From NCBI GenBank assembly GCA_013239625.1, contig MU056116.1, positions 1 to 64,000 of the forward strand: a DNA stretch of 64,000 nt, given 5' to 3'. The position numbers and the translations under genes are program-made. The notes under the pieces were generated by a model. The model saw only the letters and a list, made by a program, of their open reading frames with translations, did not search any database and was not told the DNA's origin. This document shows, piece by piece, positions 23,839-35,336 of this stretch (its first letter is position 1; each line of letters opens with the position of its first letter). Source of the stretch: Lama guanicoe. Lineage: Eukaryota.

Positions 23839-25959
23839 TTGATGTCTGATGGAAAAAAGCTATCCACAGATATTCGACCGACATTCTGTTCCTGTTGACT
23901 GAACATGGCGGGCATGAAGCTTTTGACTTCGTGCCCCATGAAGCCCATGGAAGATCTGCAGAGATCAGGGGCCGTCCCAGGGTTGGAGGGAGGACGGACA
24001 TGTCACAGCATTCCTCTCCCACCCCAACCCCCACCCTGCTCCACCCCGTTCTGGCTTCAACCATCGCCTTCTGCTACACAGATGATACGAACCAGGAGAG
24101 GCATGTGCCCTGTAAAGAAGTTTGGTTACATTCAGGTTCTGAGATTTGGAGTGTGTTCTCGCATAGTTGAGAATGTTTTTAGTGTTAAATTCTGTTGGTT
24201 GAAATAAAATATGTGGATTCCACAGAATAAGACAAATCTACCTGGACTAGCAAACACATGTCTTCGCCATGATATTTGGACACTTAGAGATGATAAACAG
24301 AAGAGACTGCACCACCGTGATCTTGAGAGCGAGGAAGAGCCTTGCTGGGGAGATGGGAGGAGTTCCTATGAGGACAGTAGTTGGAGTCAGGGAACCGGGG
24401 GACAGTTGGGAGTAAGGGGATGCATCAACCTTCTTGCAGGAGAGCGCGCTGGTCATCACGCCGTCCTGCCAATGGGGCGGAGCCAGAAGGAGTATGCCTG
24501 CCCGCTTGCCTTGGCCCCATGGGGGGCCTCAGCTCTCAGAGACCGTGGACTTGCAAGAAACTCGGGCAGTCTTGACAGCCCTCTCTCCTCGCCATCAGTG
24601 AAGTGCGTTGAGACTACTCTGAAGGACTGACGGTGGGGGGTCGCAGATGCAAATTCAGCATCCAAGATTAGATTTTGTTTTGAAGCATTAGGGCAAGAGC
24701 TTGCAATTACGCATTTAATGAATTTTCTTTCTCTGTCTCTGTTTGCATACCCTGACTTAAAATGAGATTAAGTGAGACTGTTCAGAGCCCCTGAGTCTCG
24801 TAAGAAATGTGAGCCAATGACATTGATTGATGCTGGTGGGATTCAGCCGCACAACCTGCCAGATCTGTGTTTCCCTACCTCGGAGAGGAAGTAGACGAGA
24901 GTCTGTGATTCCAGAGGCGTGGGCGTGGGATACAGGTTCAATAAGGATGGTGGGTAGCACCGAGCCACCCTGAAGCATCGTTTCACTTATCAAGCAAATG
25001 GGAGTTGATTGCTTCCTGTGAGTCACTGTGGTGCATGCTGGGGCTTCAGCTGGGATCAGTACAGCAGCGGGAGACGGTGGCATGGGATGTAAAGGGACAC
25101 TTGTAATTGTGAAATCTGTTTACAGAATGAGGAGAAGACAGAATTCCTATTTGGAAGAAAACTGTTCTTTGTTTAGGCAAAGAACCAAAATGGCCATGAA
25201 AGGTGATGGTCCCTTTGCTTAGCATCACTGAGAGAAGTTTAGGTAGAGAAGGGTGAAAATCATCTACCTTTGGGGAGACTGGGGTTCACAGGCAGGAGGA
25301 GTGGGACCAGGACGGAGAGAAGAGGAGGAACCGGGAAGGGGAGGTCACCCCAGTAAGGCAGCGGGACCTGGTCTGGTGAAGAAGGGTAGATGTGGGGGAT
25401 GTTGGGGTGCGATATCCCGTTTGAAGACTTTCTGCTTGTCTCAAACACCTATGGCATTCCGAGCCTTGGGGTGGTGGTGCTTTGAGGGGACAGAGGTGGG
25501 GTGATGGAGAGTCAGAGAATTTCATGTGATCAGTAATGAGATGAAGGCTGTCTAGAAGGACACAGGTGGCACTTGGGAGCCTCCCACTCAGCCCAGATAT
25601 CCACAGTCAGGTGACCCTCCATAGGGTCCTTTAGGAAGGGCTGGGGAAACTGGGGGCCAGCAGAGCAGACAGTCAGGCTTTGCCCTATTTTGATGGGGAA
25701 ATAGAGAGGGATGGGGAACCTGGTCTGGGAGGAGAGGGAGGCAGCATTCAGGGCAGGGCATGAGGTCCCTTAAGAAAGGTGGAGACCAGCATTCAGGATG
25801 AGGAAAGAGCTGATGTGAAAGCCCGGAGTTGGAAGGAAGCTTGGTGACCTCGGGGGACTAGGAAGGGGAAGGAGGGGACCTGAGATGTGGTTGGAGAGGT
25901 GGGTGGGGAAGGAAGGGAAAAGAGGGATGTAGGTGGGCGTGAACTGGATCTGCAGGTAG

Positions 25960-26800
25960 TGCTTGTTGTTGGGTGATTGGAGAAACCTGAGAACAGTCTC
26001 ATGCTGATGAAAACAATTGAGGCAGGAGCACGGAGGGAAAGGTGACGACACGGGGAGAGAGAGGAGACCAGGTATGTGAGCTACAGCCGGCGGAGGGGGG
26101 ACTGGGGGAGGCAGGGTGCGAAGGCGGCTAGTGAAGGGTCTCCTGTGGGAACAAGAACGTAGGCAGGAGAAGAGAGGGTGCAAATGGGGGGGGGTCTGCA
26201 GGTTTGCAGCAGGGAGGCTGGAGGAGCCCCCGGCTGAAGTTTCTCTCTTCTCTGTGAAGGAGGAGGTGAGATCCTCTGTCAGGGGTGGAAGGCGAGGTGG
26301 GAAAGAGCACGGGGTGGGGGATGCTGGGTGACGGAGGGGTGGGTTGCGCCGAAGTCCAAGTCAATCACACGGCACTGTGATGCGGGAGGGAGGGCTCTCC
26401 AGTCTTCCCTGCTCTCAACCGAATTCCTTCCTCTGGCTCCCCATGCAGCAAAGAGCAGGGGCCGATCACAGGGAGGCGGGGAGGGAGGCTGGGCTGGCGG
26501 TGTCCAGCTGAAGAGGGAGCTGACCTCCACCTCAGCCTGGAGAGAAGGGGTTTCTGAAACATTAGAGCCGCCACTTGGCAGGGCTGCAGGGGAATGTGGA
26601 CCTCAGGGAAGAGATGCGGGGCTGGGAACATGCCTATGAGAAGTTGGGGACCGGGGATGTCAGCGGATGGTGGAGTGCAGATGCAGAGGGCACAGGGAAA
26701 GATGAGGAGGATGAAACAGGTGCTGAGTGAAGGGCAAGACAGGACCCCGTGGGATGATGTGTGGAATAAGGCAGATGGGGGTGGGACGCGGGGGACTCCA
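25960..26800 (-). mobile_element. Degenerate L2 internal fragments
   Basis: Purine-rich strand with tctcttctctgtgaaggaggaggtgagatcctctg and tcagggaagagatgcggggctgg L2-like motifs. Confidence 0.5.
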
Positions 26801-27189
26801 GGGTGCTTGAGCAGCTGCCGTGAGAGGAGTTAGCCCCGCCGACTCCTGCCCAGCGGTGGGTGCGGGAAAGGCTCCAGTGGGACACGCGTCCCCGCAGCTG
26901 CAGCCTCCCTCTGCTCAGGTGGTCGATGTGCATGGTTTGCACCCTACATTACGGCTCCCTTTCCCCCGGGGCCCCAGGAGCCTCCTGACAGCTCCAGAGC
27001 AGAGGCATCGGTGGGGAGGGGAGGCCCGGCTGCTTCTGCTGACGCCCAGGACTGCTGTCCAGGCTGATGTTCCCCTGGGCTTAGCGCGCCTGCCGACCGG
27101 CCCCAGTAAACTGTGAGCTGGGTACTGGCGCTGTCCCTTCGCCGCGCCAGGCGTGCATCGGGCTCAGCCTCCCAACAGCCTGTCAGGTG

Positions 27190-27300
27190 GACTCTGAGCG
27201 TCTCACAGGGGAGGGAAAGGAGACCAGAGAGGTTAGGAAACTTGCAAAGGTTGCCCAGGTGGCCCGAGCAGAGTGCAGCTGAGACCCGGGTTAGAATAGG
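27190..27300 (-). mobile_element. MIR fragment
   Basis: cacaggggagggaaaggagaccagagaggttagg...ttgcccagg. Confidence 0.55.
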
Positions 27301-28254
27301 ATGGCCCTCGGGATAGAATAGGATGCTTTTATGAAATCCTTAAGTATCCAGAGTGTTAAATTTAGAGTGGGCTGCAAGGCGTGCCCCCACCCCCTCTCCT
27401 TTCCCACGCCCCTCCCGTGCCTACCACCCAGCTCCGCACAGGGGTCTCTTTAGCCGCCCCCAAGCCTCGTGTTTTTGGTGTCTTAGTTTGCCTTTACCTG
27501 GTGTCCCTCCCAGCTCTTTAGGGCCTGAGTGAATTCACTCGCAGGGAGAATGTGTCCTTCTGTTCTCTGCTCTGCAGCCACTGGGCGGCGGGGGTGGGGG
27601 TGGCGGCAGGGACTGGCTGGTACCCATGACAGAGGCCAGCCCACAAGGAGTGGGCAGGGTTCAGGGACAGCCACCAGGCGTTGTAGAGCTCCCTGGGCTG
27701 GGGGCGGGGACTGGTCCTGAGAACTGGCTGTGGTTTTAGGAGAGACCGTCTATCAGGAGAGGTGGACACAGCCTCACCAAACCTCAGCCCAGCAAGGCAG
27801 GGCCTAGAGGGGTGAATGCCCGGCCCCTCTCCCCTCCTGCCCTTTGAGCTCCTGCCAGTGCCTCCTCATTGGCCAAGCCCACCGGCCCGTGGAGGCCCAG
27901 CCTGGCCTTCTGGCTGGAGCACAGTGCTCGGTGGAGATGGTGGAGGCTGGACCTGCAGGGCCGTCTGAGAGCATCGGCTTCAAGGCCACGTCATTGATCC
28001 AGTTATTTCAGAGCTTAAATTAAGTTCCAAAGTTAATCATGCATTTCGCCCTAACTTGCTGTGAATTCTCAGTCATAGCCTTATGAGCATTATACATTTA
28101 ACACTCTGGGTACTGAAGGATTTCACAACAGCATCCTACTCTACCCTGAGGGTCCCTCCTGCAATTTTCTCTTCTGACGTCACGTAACCCTCTAAGCCTT
28201 AGAAGGCTCTGGTGGTGGTCACGCTGACTTAGTCCGCTGTGGTTACCTGTTTGG

Positions 28255-28343
28255 TCCAGTCCAATAGAAATGCAACATGAATCTCAAATGGGGGCCATTA
28301 AATTACATATGAAATGGAAAACGTATCAGTAGCCACACTAAAA
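28255..28343. mobile_element. MER3-like hAT-Charlie fragment
   Basis: gtccaatagaaatgcaacatga...agtagccacactaaaa. Confidence 0.55.
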
Positions 28344-28359
28344 CTGTTGTAACCTCATG

Positions 28360-28575
28360 CGCTTTTGGGGTCCATCAGGGCTGGATTCTAATCCTGGTTC
28401 TGAGTCTCTGAGCTGTGTGATCCTGGGTAAATCACTCAACCTCTCTGAGTTTCAGTGTCTTAGACTGTCAAGTACGCAGGACATACGTACTCTCTACGGG
28501 TTTTACGACCATTAACCGAGTTCATGTATCTAAAACACCACCAGGTAGTTTGAGCTCAGCAAGGGGTAGCTACTG
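28360..28575 (+). mobile_element. MIR SINE
   Basis: aatcctggttctg...agctgtgtgatcctgggtaaatcactcaacctctctgagtttcag. Confidence 0.8.
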
Positions 28576-28659
28576 TCCCACACTGCGGAGAAGCAGGTAG
28601 AGGACAAAAAAGGAGACGTGCCGATGAGATGAGACCGACTTCTGAGGAGCACAGACCCT

Positions 28660-29010
28660 CCAGGTCAAACCCACGACGTCACACGGCCTCTGCAGAAGAG
28701 AAACAGCCCTCGGATGGAGAACGTCGGCGCCGCGTGGCAGGGGCGGCGCTCTGCTCTGAGAGACGACCGGTCTCCTGACAGCCCTGGGGGAGCGCTGGGA
28801 ACAGGAGCTGCCCAGTCCCGAGGCGCCGGATCCGGGGGCTTCTGTGTCAGAGAGACGAGCCCGGAGGATGTCACAGCGGAGACCTGGAGAGAAAGCGGCA
28901 AGAAATGCGAGTCAGAGCGAACCAGGGTGAACAGCCGTCCGTTCGCGGGAGCCCGTGCGGGACCCCCTGCTGCGGTCCCGAGCCCACCGGACGGCCCTTG
29001 CAGGCATGAC
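28660..29010. other. Short CpG-rich patch
   Basis: GC-rich with dense CpGs (acgtcggcgccgcg, ccgtccgttcgcgggagcccgtgcggg). Confidence 0.6.
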
Positions 29011-29014
29011 ACTG

Positions 29015-29450
29015 ATTTTTTTTCTTTATTTACCTTCATTGAGGTAGAGTTGATTCACAATGTTGTGCTGGTTTCTGGTGCACAGCAGAGTGACTCAGCC
29101 ATACACGTGTGTACATATTCTTTTCCATGTTCGTCTCCATCATGGTTTATTACAGGATACAGAGCAGAGGTCTCTGCGCTCGACAGTAGGACCTCGTTTA
29201 TCTGTTTTGTGTATAGCGGTGTGTATCTGCTAAGCCCAAGCGCCTAATTTATCCCTCCGCTTCCTGTTGCCACTTTGGTAACCGTGCGTTTGTTCTCTAT
29301 GTCTATGAATCTGCTTCTCTTTTGTAAATAAGTTCATCTGTGTCATATTTTAGACTCACGTCTAAGTGATGTCATGTGGTATTTGTCCTCTGTCTGACTC
29401 ACTGCGCTCAGTGTTTCCGTCTCTAGGACCGTCCGTGTCACTGCACTTGA
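29015..29450 (-). mobile_element. L1 3' end, GC-shifted
   Basis: Colinear with the copy at 12738-13122: cattgaggtagagttgattcacaatgttgtg...ctttggtaaccg...ttttgtaaataagttcat. Confidence 0.9.
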
Positions 29451-29919
29451 TTTTCTGTTTTAACCACTTGGGTAGATTATGCCTCATGCCTGCTTAAAAC
29501 TTAAAGGACAACCACCTGTAGGGGAAAAATCAATCCTCACTTAAAGGAGAAATCCACGTCATACGTGTTAATGACAGAGGGAAAGAACTCATTGTTTATC
29601 TTCTTGCTTTTTAAAATAAGAAAAGCGGAAATGCAACTTCGTTGAAAAAACACGACAAATGACGAACTGCGTTCTGCAGCCTTCTGTTATGAACAGGTAA
29701 ATGGCAGAAGGGGGACCAAGGGAAAAAAGAGGGAAAATACAAACACAGGAAGAGAGAGAATCTAGTCCAGTGAATTAAGACCGTCCAGTCCAGTGAATCC
29801 CAATTTGCCCGGCCCGTGTGTGCGAATCAGGGTGGTGGTGGTGTTTTTAATCCAAGTGGCAGAAATCTAACTCAAACTGACTTAAGGAAAAGAACACACA
29901 TTTTTAAAGGCTTCTGTCT

Positions 29920-30042
29920 TGTTTATTATTTTATTTTGGGGGGCTGTAATTAGGTTTATTTATTTAATGGGGGCCCTGGGGATTGAACCCAGGACCTTTC
30001 GATGCCAAACATGTGCTCTACCATGAGCTATACCCTCCCCAC
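29920..30042 (-). mobile_element. tRNA-Ala-derived SINE (camelid vic-1-like), older copy
   Basis: Reverse complement ggggagggtatagctcatggtagagcacatg...ggtcctgggttcaatcccc...aaataaataaacctaattac plus A-rich tail. Confidence 0.85.
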
Positions 30043-30631
30043 CAGGAACATTCTTTTAAACGCACTTCCTGGGGAGGCGAGGGGCCAACTGACCTCAGGC
30101 ACAGATGCGGCAGAGGCTGGACCCTGCTGGGCTGGGCTGCGTTTCTCTCTCCCTCTTCCAGGTCTTTGCTCTGTTTTCCTCAGTGTTGGCATTATTCCCA
30201 GGAGGTGGCTTACAATGTCCTTGCCGTATCGTCCAAAGCAGGGGTGGCATTCCTTCCTGGGGACCACCTCTGTGCCCTGGAGGGCCCTGCCCCTGTTCGC
30301 AGCCCTTTTTGCCCCCTTGGGCTGATTACTGAGGCAGGAGGGGAGGCGGGGGTCCTCAGATGAGCCCCGGACAAGTCAGGTGCCCACCTCTGGGCTGGGA
30401 AATCTATGTTCAAAGGGAACCCGTGGTTGGAGTGAGGGAAGGAGGGGCTGCCGTGGAAGAGGGGGAAGGAGGGGGCTGTGCTGCTCTCCCCGCCCCTGCT
30501 CTGCGGCCCCTCCCCTAATCCCTTAGGGTCCCCAGAGCTCTGTTTGAAAACCATCTCACACCTCCCCTGCTACCCCCTCCCCCGGTATATTTTGCAATAA
30601 AAACACTGAGGCCAAAGAAGAGAAACAATAT

Positions 30632-31420
30632 ACAGCTGCTCCTTATTATTTGTGGATTCCATGTTTGTGAATTTGTCTACTTATTAACATTTATTTGCAA
30701 CCCCTAAATTGACATTCGGTGATTTTGTGGTCATTTGTAGACATGCACAGAGCCTCGAAAAATTTTTTTTAGAAATATTCCTTTTTTTAAGTTCTGGTTT
30801 TTTATTAAGTTTTTTGGGGGTGGGGGTAATTAGGTTTATTTATTTATCTTTAGAGGAGGTACTCGGGATTGAACCCAGGACCTCGTGCATGCTAAGCATG
30901 CGCTCTACCATTTGAGCTATACCCTCCCCAACCAAGCCTTGAAAATTTTGAGTCACCCAGGCGCCCAGGTCCCAGCCTCTTGTCTCTGCCTTCTTGTCTC
31001 TGCCTTCTTGTCTCCCCCTCGCAGTGGAGCCAGGGGCCCCTTTCACAGTCTATTTGGTGCCACATTGCTCACATTTTGTGCTTTTACTTGGTGATTTTGC
31101 TGTTTAAAGCGGCCCCTGTGCTGTCTAGCGTCCTAAGCGCAAGAAGGCTGTGATGTGCCTCATAGAGAAAATACGAGTGTTGGGTAAGCTCTGTTCCAGC
31201 CCGAGTTACAGAGCTGTCGGCAGTGAGTTTAATGCTACTGGATCAAGAGTATGTTAAAGAAGATGTCTTTAAGCAGAAACACACATAAAACAAGGCCGTG
31301 TACTGACTGGTTGACCAGAGGCTCGCAGGAACCCAGCCTGTGTCTGCCCTACAGGCAGTGGTTCAGTGCTCACTGGTGGCGTGTCCACGGTGACTTTACA
31401 GACCATGACTAGCCCTCTGA
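30632..31420 (+). mobile_element. MER44B (Tigger7-derived TcMar DNA element) interrupted by a SINE
   Basis: attatttgtggattccatgtttgtgaatttgtctac; cctaagcgcaagaaggctgtgatgtgcct; cagaaacacacataaaacaagg; gaccagaggctcgcaggaacc. Confidence 0.88.
30767..30934 (-). mobile_element. tRNA-Ala-derived SINE (camelid vic-1-like) with TSD
   Basis: Reverse complement ggggagggtatagctcaaatggtagagcgcatgcttagcatgcacgaggtcctgggttcaatccc; A box TAGCTCAAATGG and B box GGTTCAATCCC; flanks agcctcgaaaaatttt (30751-30766) and agccttgaaaatttt (30935-30949). Confidence 0.92.
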
Positions 31421-32568
31421 GGCACGGGAGGGCCATGGGGGAAGCCAGCCACTGCGTTCCCGTTCCGCCATGTGTGATGTGGGCGCAGAGACACAGGGGG
31501 AGGAGGGGGGGAGCCATGTTGGGGAGGTGAGGAAGAGAAAACGGAGCAAAAACATGAGAATGACTGACGGGAAAGAAGGGAGGCGAGGCAGCAGAGAAGT
31601 GAGCGTCTGTCGGGCCACGGGCTGCCCAGGCTCCGTGGGGACGTCGCCCCAGACAGTCCCGATGGCTCGGGCACGAGCGTGGGGTTCACGGAGGGGACGA
31701 GACTCTCCTCGACCCCAAGTGCTGTAACTGAGCCTTTTCTAAGCGTGTACAAACCCAGGCCGCAAGTTCCGACCGAGCTGGATGAGAAACGCACCATAAT
31801 TGACACAAATGCTTTCGAGCTTGTGAAGGCTGGTGGGCAAATTCGCCTGGTTTGGGAAATAGGGGAGGTGCTATGTGCGAATATAAACCACAACATTTAA
31901 CTAAATATGGACTTGGTCTCTATCTTTTAAAAAAAATTCTGAGTCTGTTTAACAAAAGGGGCAAGGGATTTCCCTGTAGGATTTCCAGGTTTGCACGAAT
32001 ACGTGCCTCTCGGGGAGAGCTGGTTAGTAAACTGAGACCATGTGGGGATGTCATGGAAGCTGCGTTTGTTACAGCGCTTGACGTGAAGAACTGCCCTGAG
32101 TAACTTCCAGTCATAAATTACGTGTGTCACGGAGAGTTAATTTACTCACCAGGCTGTGGCAGAGTTAAATCACTGACTTCGCCTTCTGCCATTCTGCCCA
32201 CTTAACCCACCGATACATCAGACCTCGCAGGAAAGCTGCTTCCTTGTGAAAGCTATTTTGACAATAAGGGAGTGATGCCAACTGCTTCATATCGAAATAT
32301 CATTTGCATGTTCAAAGCACTTTCCTTTCACACATATTTTATCTGATTCTCCATTCTTTGAAACTTTGATTCCAAACTTTGAATTTCAGTGTCTTAGAAA
32401 GCAGCCTTTCTTTGTGGCGAGAAAATTGTGTGCTTTTATTTTTCAAACTTCAAGATGTATTTTTTAAAAATAAAATTTCATCTATTTCACTCTCTCAAGG
32501 AGTTCTTAAAGATCTGAATAGGTGGGGATGAAAAATTTAGGATTTTAAACGGTGTCATATAGCCTTAG

Positions 32569-33126
32569 TGATACAGAAAAAAATGTGCAGCAAGAGGAGA
32601 GCTGTGTCCCAGGTCTCGGTTGAGTCCCTGGGACGCACCCTGCCAAGTGTGGGTCTTTGGCTTCGTGCAGGAAAGAACTCAAGAATGAACCACAGTTGAG
32701 TAAAGGTGGGCTTATTCAGAGAGATACACACTCCTTAGACGGAGTGAGGGCATCTCGCTCAGAAGGGCGAGTGGCCACGAGGTGTGGCGTTGCTAGTTTC
32801 CATGGGCTCAGTGGCTTCACATGCTGGCAAACAGGAGGATTATTCCAACTACTCTGGGGAAGGGGCTGGGGGTCCCAGGAACTGGGCCACCGCCCATTTC
32901 TGGACTTTCTATGGTCAGCCTCGGAGCTGTCACGGAGCCTGTGGGAGCGCCATTTACCGTGCTGACGTGTTACCGTGAGCCGATAATGAAGCTCAGGGTC
33001 TCCTGGAAGTCAAATCTCCTGCCGTCTCGGGCCTCCGGGTCTCCTGGGAGTCGACTCTTCCTCCATTTCGGTGTTAACTGCTGTTGTTCCGTGAATGGCG
33101 GTGCCCTGCCCCGTCCTCCTGTCTCG
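32569..33126 (-). mobile_element. Solo LTR, ERV1-type, 4-bp TSD TTAG
   Basis: Begins TG and ends tgtctcg (CA changed to CG); ttag at 32565-32568 and 33127-33130; reverse-complement homolog of 53525-54148. Confidence 0.9.
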
Positions 33127-34004
33127 TTAGCGTTGTCTAGTAATTCAGTGGATGCATTTGCAATTCCCTGTTTGCATCCACAGATTGTTGAGTTTGCCCT
33201 TGGTGATTTCATGCCTGCCTCAGTGGAAGATGTGTCTGGAAATAGCCTCTTGTTCAGTTCATCAGCCCCCTTTTCCAAAGCCAATCTTGGTTTTCTTGTG
33301 CGTTGGACTGAGAAGGACAAGCGTTTGGAAAAATGGTTCTGTTGCTGTTGTAAGTGTTTGAAGGCGGGGTTACAGAGCCGCCTCCGGGGCGCAGGGAAGG
33401 CTGGAGGGAGGCTCCTGCCAGCATTGTCTGCTCATGGCTTGGGGGGTGGTTTTTCCCTTGATTTATCTTTTCCTGCACTGTCAGAACCCCGGCCTCTTCT
33501 TCCGGCCTCTGTCTTCCCCTCTTGTGGGCTTCTGCTTAGGCCTCTGTCCACACAGTGTTTGGAGCCCTGAGAGGGATGGGTCGGCTTGCCTTACTGGTGG
33601 CTGCCCCCTCCTCCAGGCAGACACCCAGACACCTGAGGGCTCAGCGCTCCCCAGGCCTCCGCCTCTCTGCCGTCAGAGCATCACCTCTGGCTTCCCAGCC
33701 AGACACCATGCCCACCTGCTGCACCCCTGCAGGGTCCTGGTCACCCCTCAGAACATTCCAGAACACTCAGAACTCTGGGCTTAGGTATCCTCACTGATTT
33801 TCCTTCAGGTCTTTGCCCAAAAGGATGAGGACAGTGTGACGTGAGAGCCTCCGACGGAGACCCTGACCCACCCAGTGACGGCAAGGACGGCTTCCCTGAG
33901 GAAGTGGCCCAGAGCCCTGGCTCCAGCTTCAATGAAATGATTTTCTTTAAAAAAATCATCTTGTTCTGGGCATTTTAAAATATACACAAATATAAAGGGG
34001 AGAA

Positions 34005-34130
34005 TGTATAATAACCTATAAGGGAAAAGAAGATGAAAAAGAATATATACGTGTGTGTGTAACTGAATCATTTTGCTATACACCTGAAACTAACACATTG
34101 TAAAGTAGCTATACTTTAATTAAAAAAAAA
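34005..34130 (+). mobile_element. Short L1 3' terminus inside an older antisense L1M 3' fragment
   Basis: ataataacctataagggaaaag...actgaatcattttgctatacacctgaaactaacacattgtaa...ttaaaaaaaaa. Confidence 0.8.
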
Positions 34131-35275
34131 GAGACAGTGGGAGAGAAGACGTAATAATCACCGTGTACCCACCCTGTCGCTTCAGCAATGATCAGCGTTT
34201 TGCCAGACTTGTTTCATGTCCAGCATTGTTGCTCTGGACTCAAATAGTTATCCACGTGATTTTTTCCTTTTAGGATCTGCCTCTGGTCTCTCCCAGGGCG
34301 AAGACTCTAAGCGTCCCATCCTGACCTCTGCTGTCCCAGCGCGCAGCGCCCGCTCTGCGGGACGCCTCAGCAGCCCGCCCCGCAAGCCCCTCTGAGTCTC
34401 CTTATCGGAGGGGGTGTCTCAGGGTAAGTCCCCGGCTGTCCCTCACCAGCCTTGTCTGCTCCAAAGAGTCCCTGCTGAGGAAACAGTGAGGGCTGGTCCT
34501 GGCTGTGTGGCTGTGTGACCTCATGGTTGGTGCTGCTTCAACAGAATCTTGAATTTGCGGTGTTCTTTATAAAAAAGCCAAAGGGTAATTATTGACTCAT
34601 GTTCAGATCCTGTCTCAGGAGCATGAACTAGTTACTGAGGAATAAACACTGGAGAAACTCAACTGCAAAACCCTGGGCAGAAAAGAAAGCTCAGTGACTT
34701 CGAGTTCACCTGTAATCCTCGTCATTAGCTGGAGATGACCGTCCAGTTGGTAACGGGGCCCCTGCCACTGGCTGGTCCTCGTTCTGGCTGTCCGTGTGAG
34801 CGCTAATCTTGGGGAAGAATTGAACAAATAAAAGTGAAAATGACTAACTTGCAGCAATGCGAAATACAATGAATTTGCCTTTGATTTGGTTACTGATGAC
34901 CATATGGATGCTGTGTAACNNNNNNNNNNNNNNNNNNNNNNNNNNNNNNNNNNNNNNNNNNNNNNNNNNNNNNNNNNNNNNNNNNNNNNNNNNNNNNNNN
35001 NNNNNNNNNNNNNNNNNNNNNNNNNNNNNNNNNNNNNNNNNNNNNNNNNNNNNNNNNNNNNNNNNNNNNNNNNNNNNNNNNNNNNNNNNNNNNNNNNNNN
35101 NNNNNNNNNNNNNNNNNNNNNNNNNNNNNNNNNNNNNNNNNNNNNNNNNNNNNNNNNNNNNNNNNNNNNNNNNNNNNNNNNNNNNNNNNNNNNNNNNNNN
35201 NNNNNNNNNNNNNNNNNNNNNNNNNNNNNNNNNNNNNNNCGGGGCGGCCTGAGGTCTAATTTGAAGCTGGGATCC

Positions 35276-35336
35276 ACATACACACCACACACACGCCACA
35301 CACACAACGCGCGCGCACACACACACACACACACAG
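35276..35336. repeat. Imperfect (CA)n/(CG)n microsatellite
   Basis: acatacacaccacacacacgccacacacacaacgcgcgcgcacacacacacacacaca. Confidence 0.9.

Noticed and set aside
28714-29247. 177-aa ORF over the CpG patch
   Set aside because: Low-complexity GC-driven composition, and the C-terminal part is antisense L1 3' UTR.
30855-30930. tRNA-Ala gene
   Set aside because: The acceptor stem is imperfect and it continues into a SINE body with A-rich tail and TSD.
32821-33570. Longest gap-free ORF (249 aa)
   Set aside because: Starts inside an antisense solo LTR and runs into GC-rich flank; no recognisable domain.
34615-35334. Long ORFs spanning N runs (also at 4.8, 7.3 and 16.8-17.2 kb)
   Set aside because: Artefacts of translating assembly gaps.
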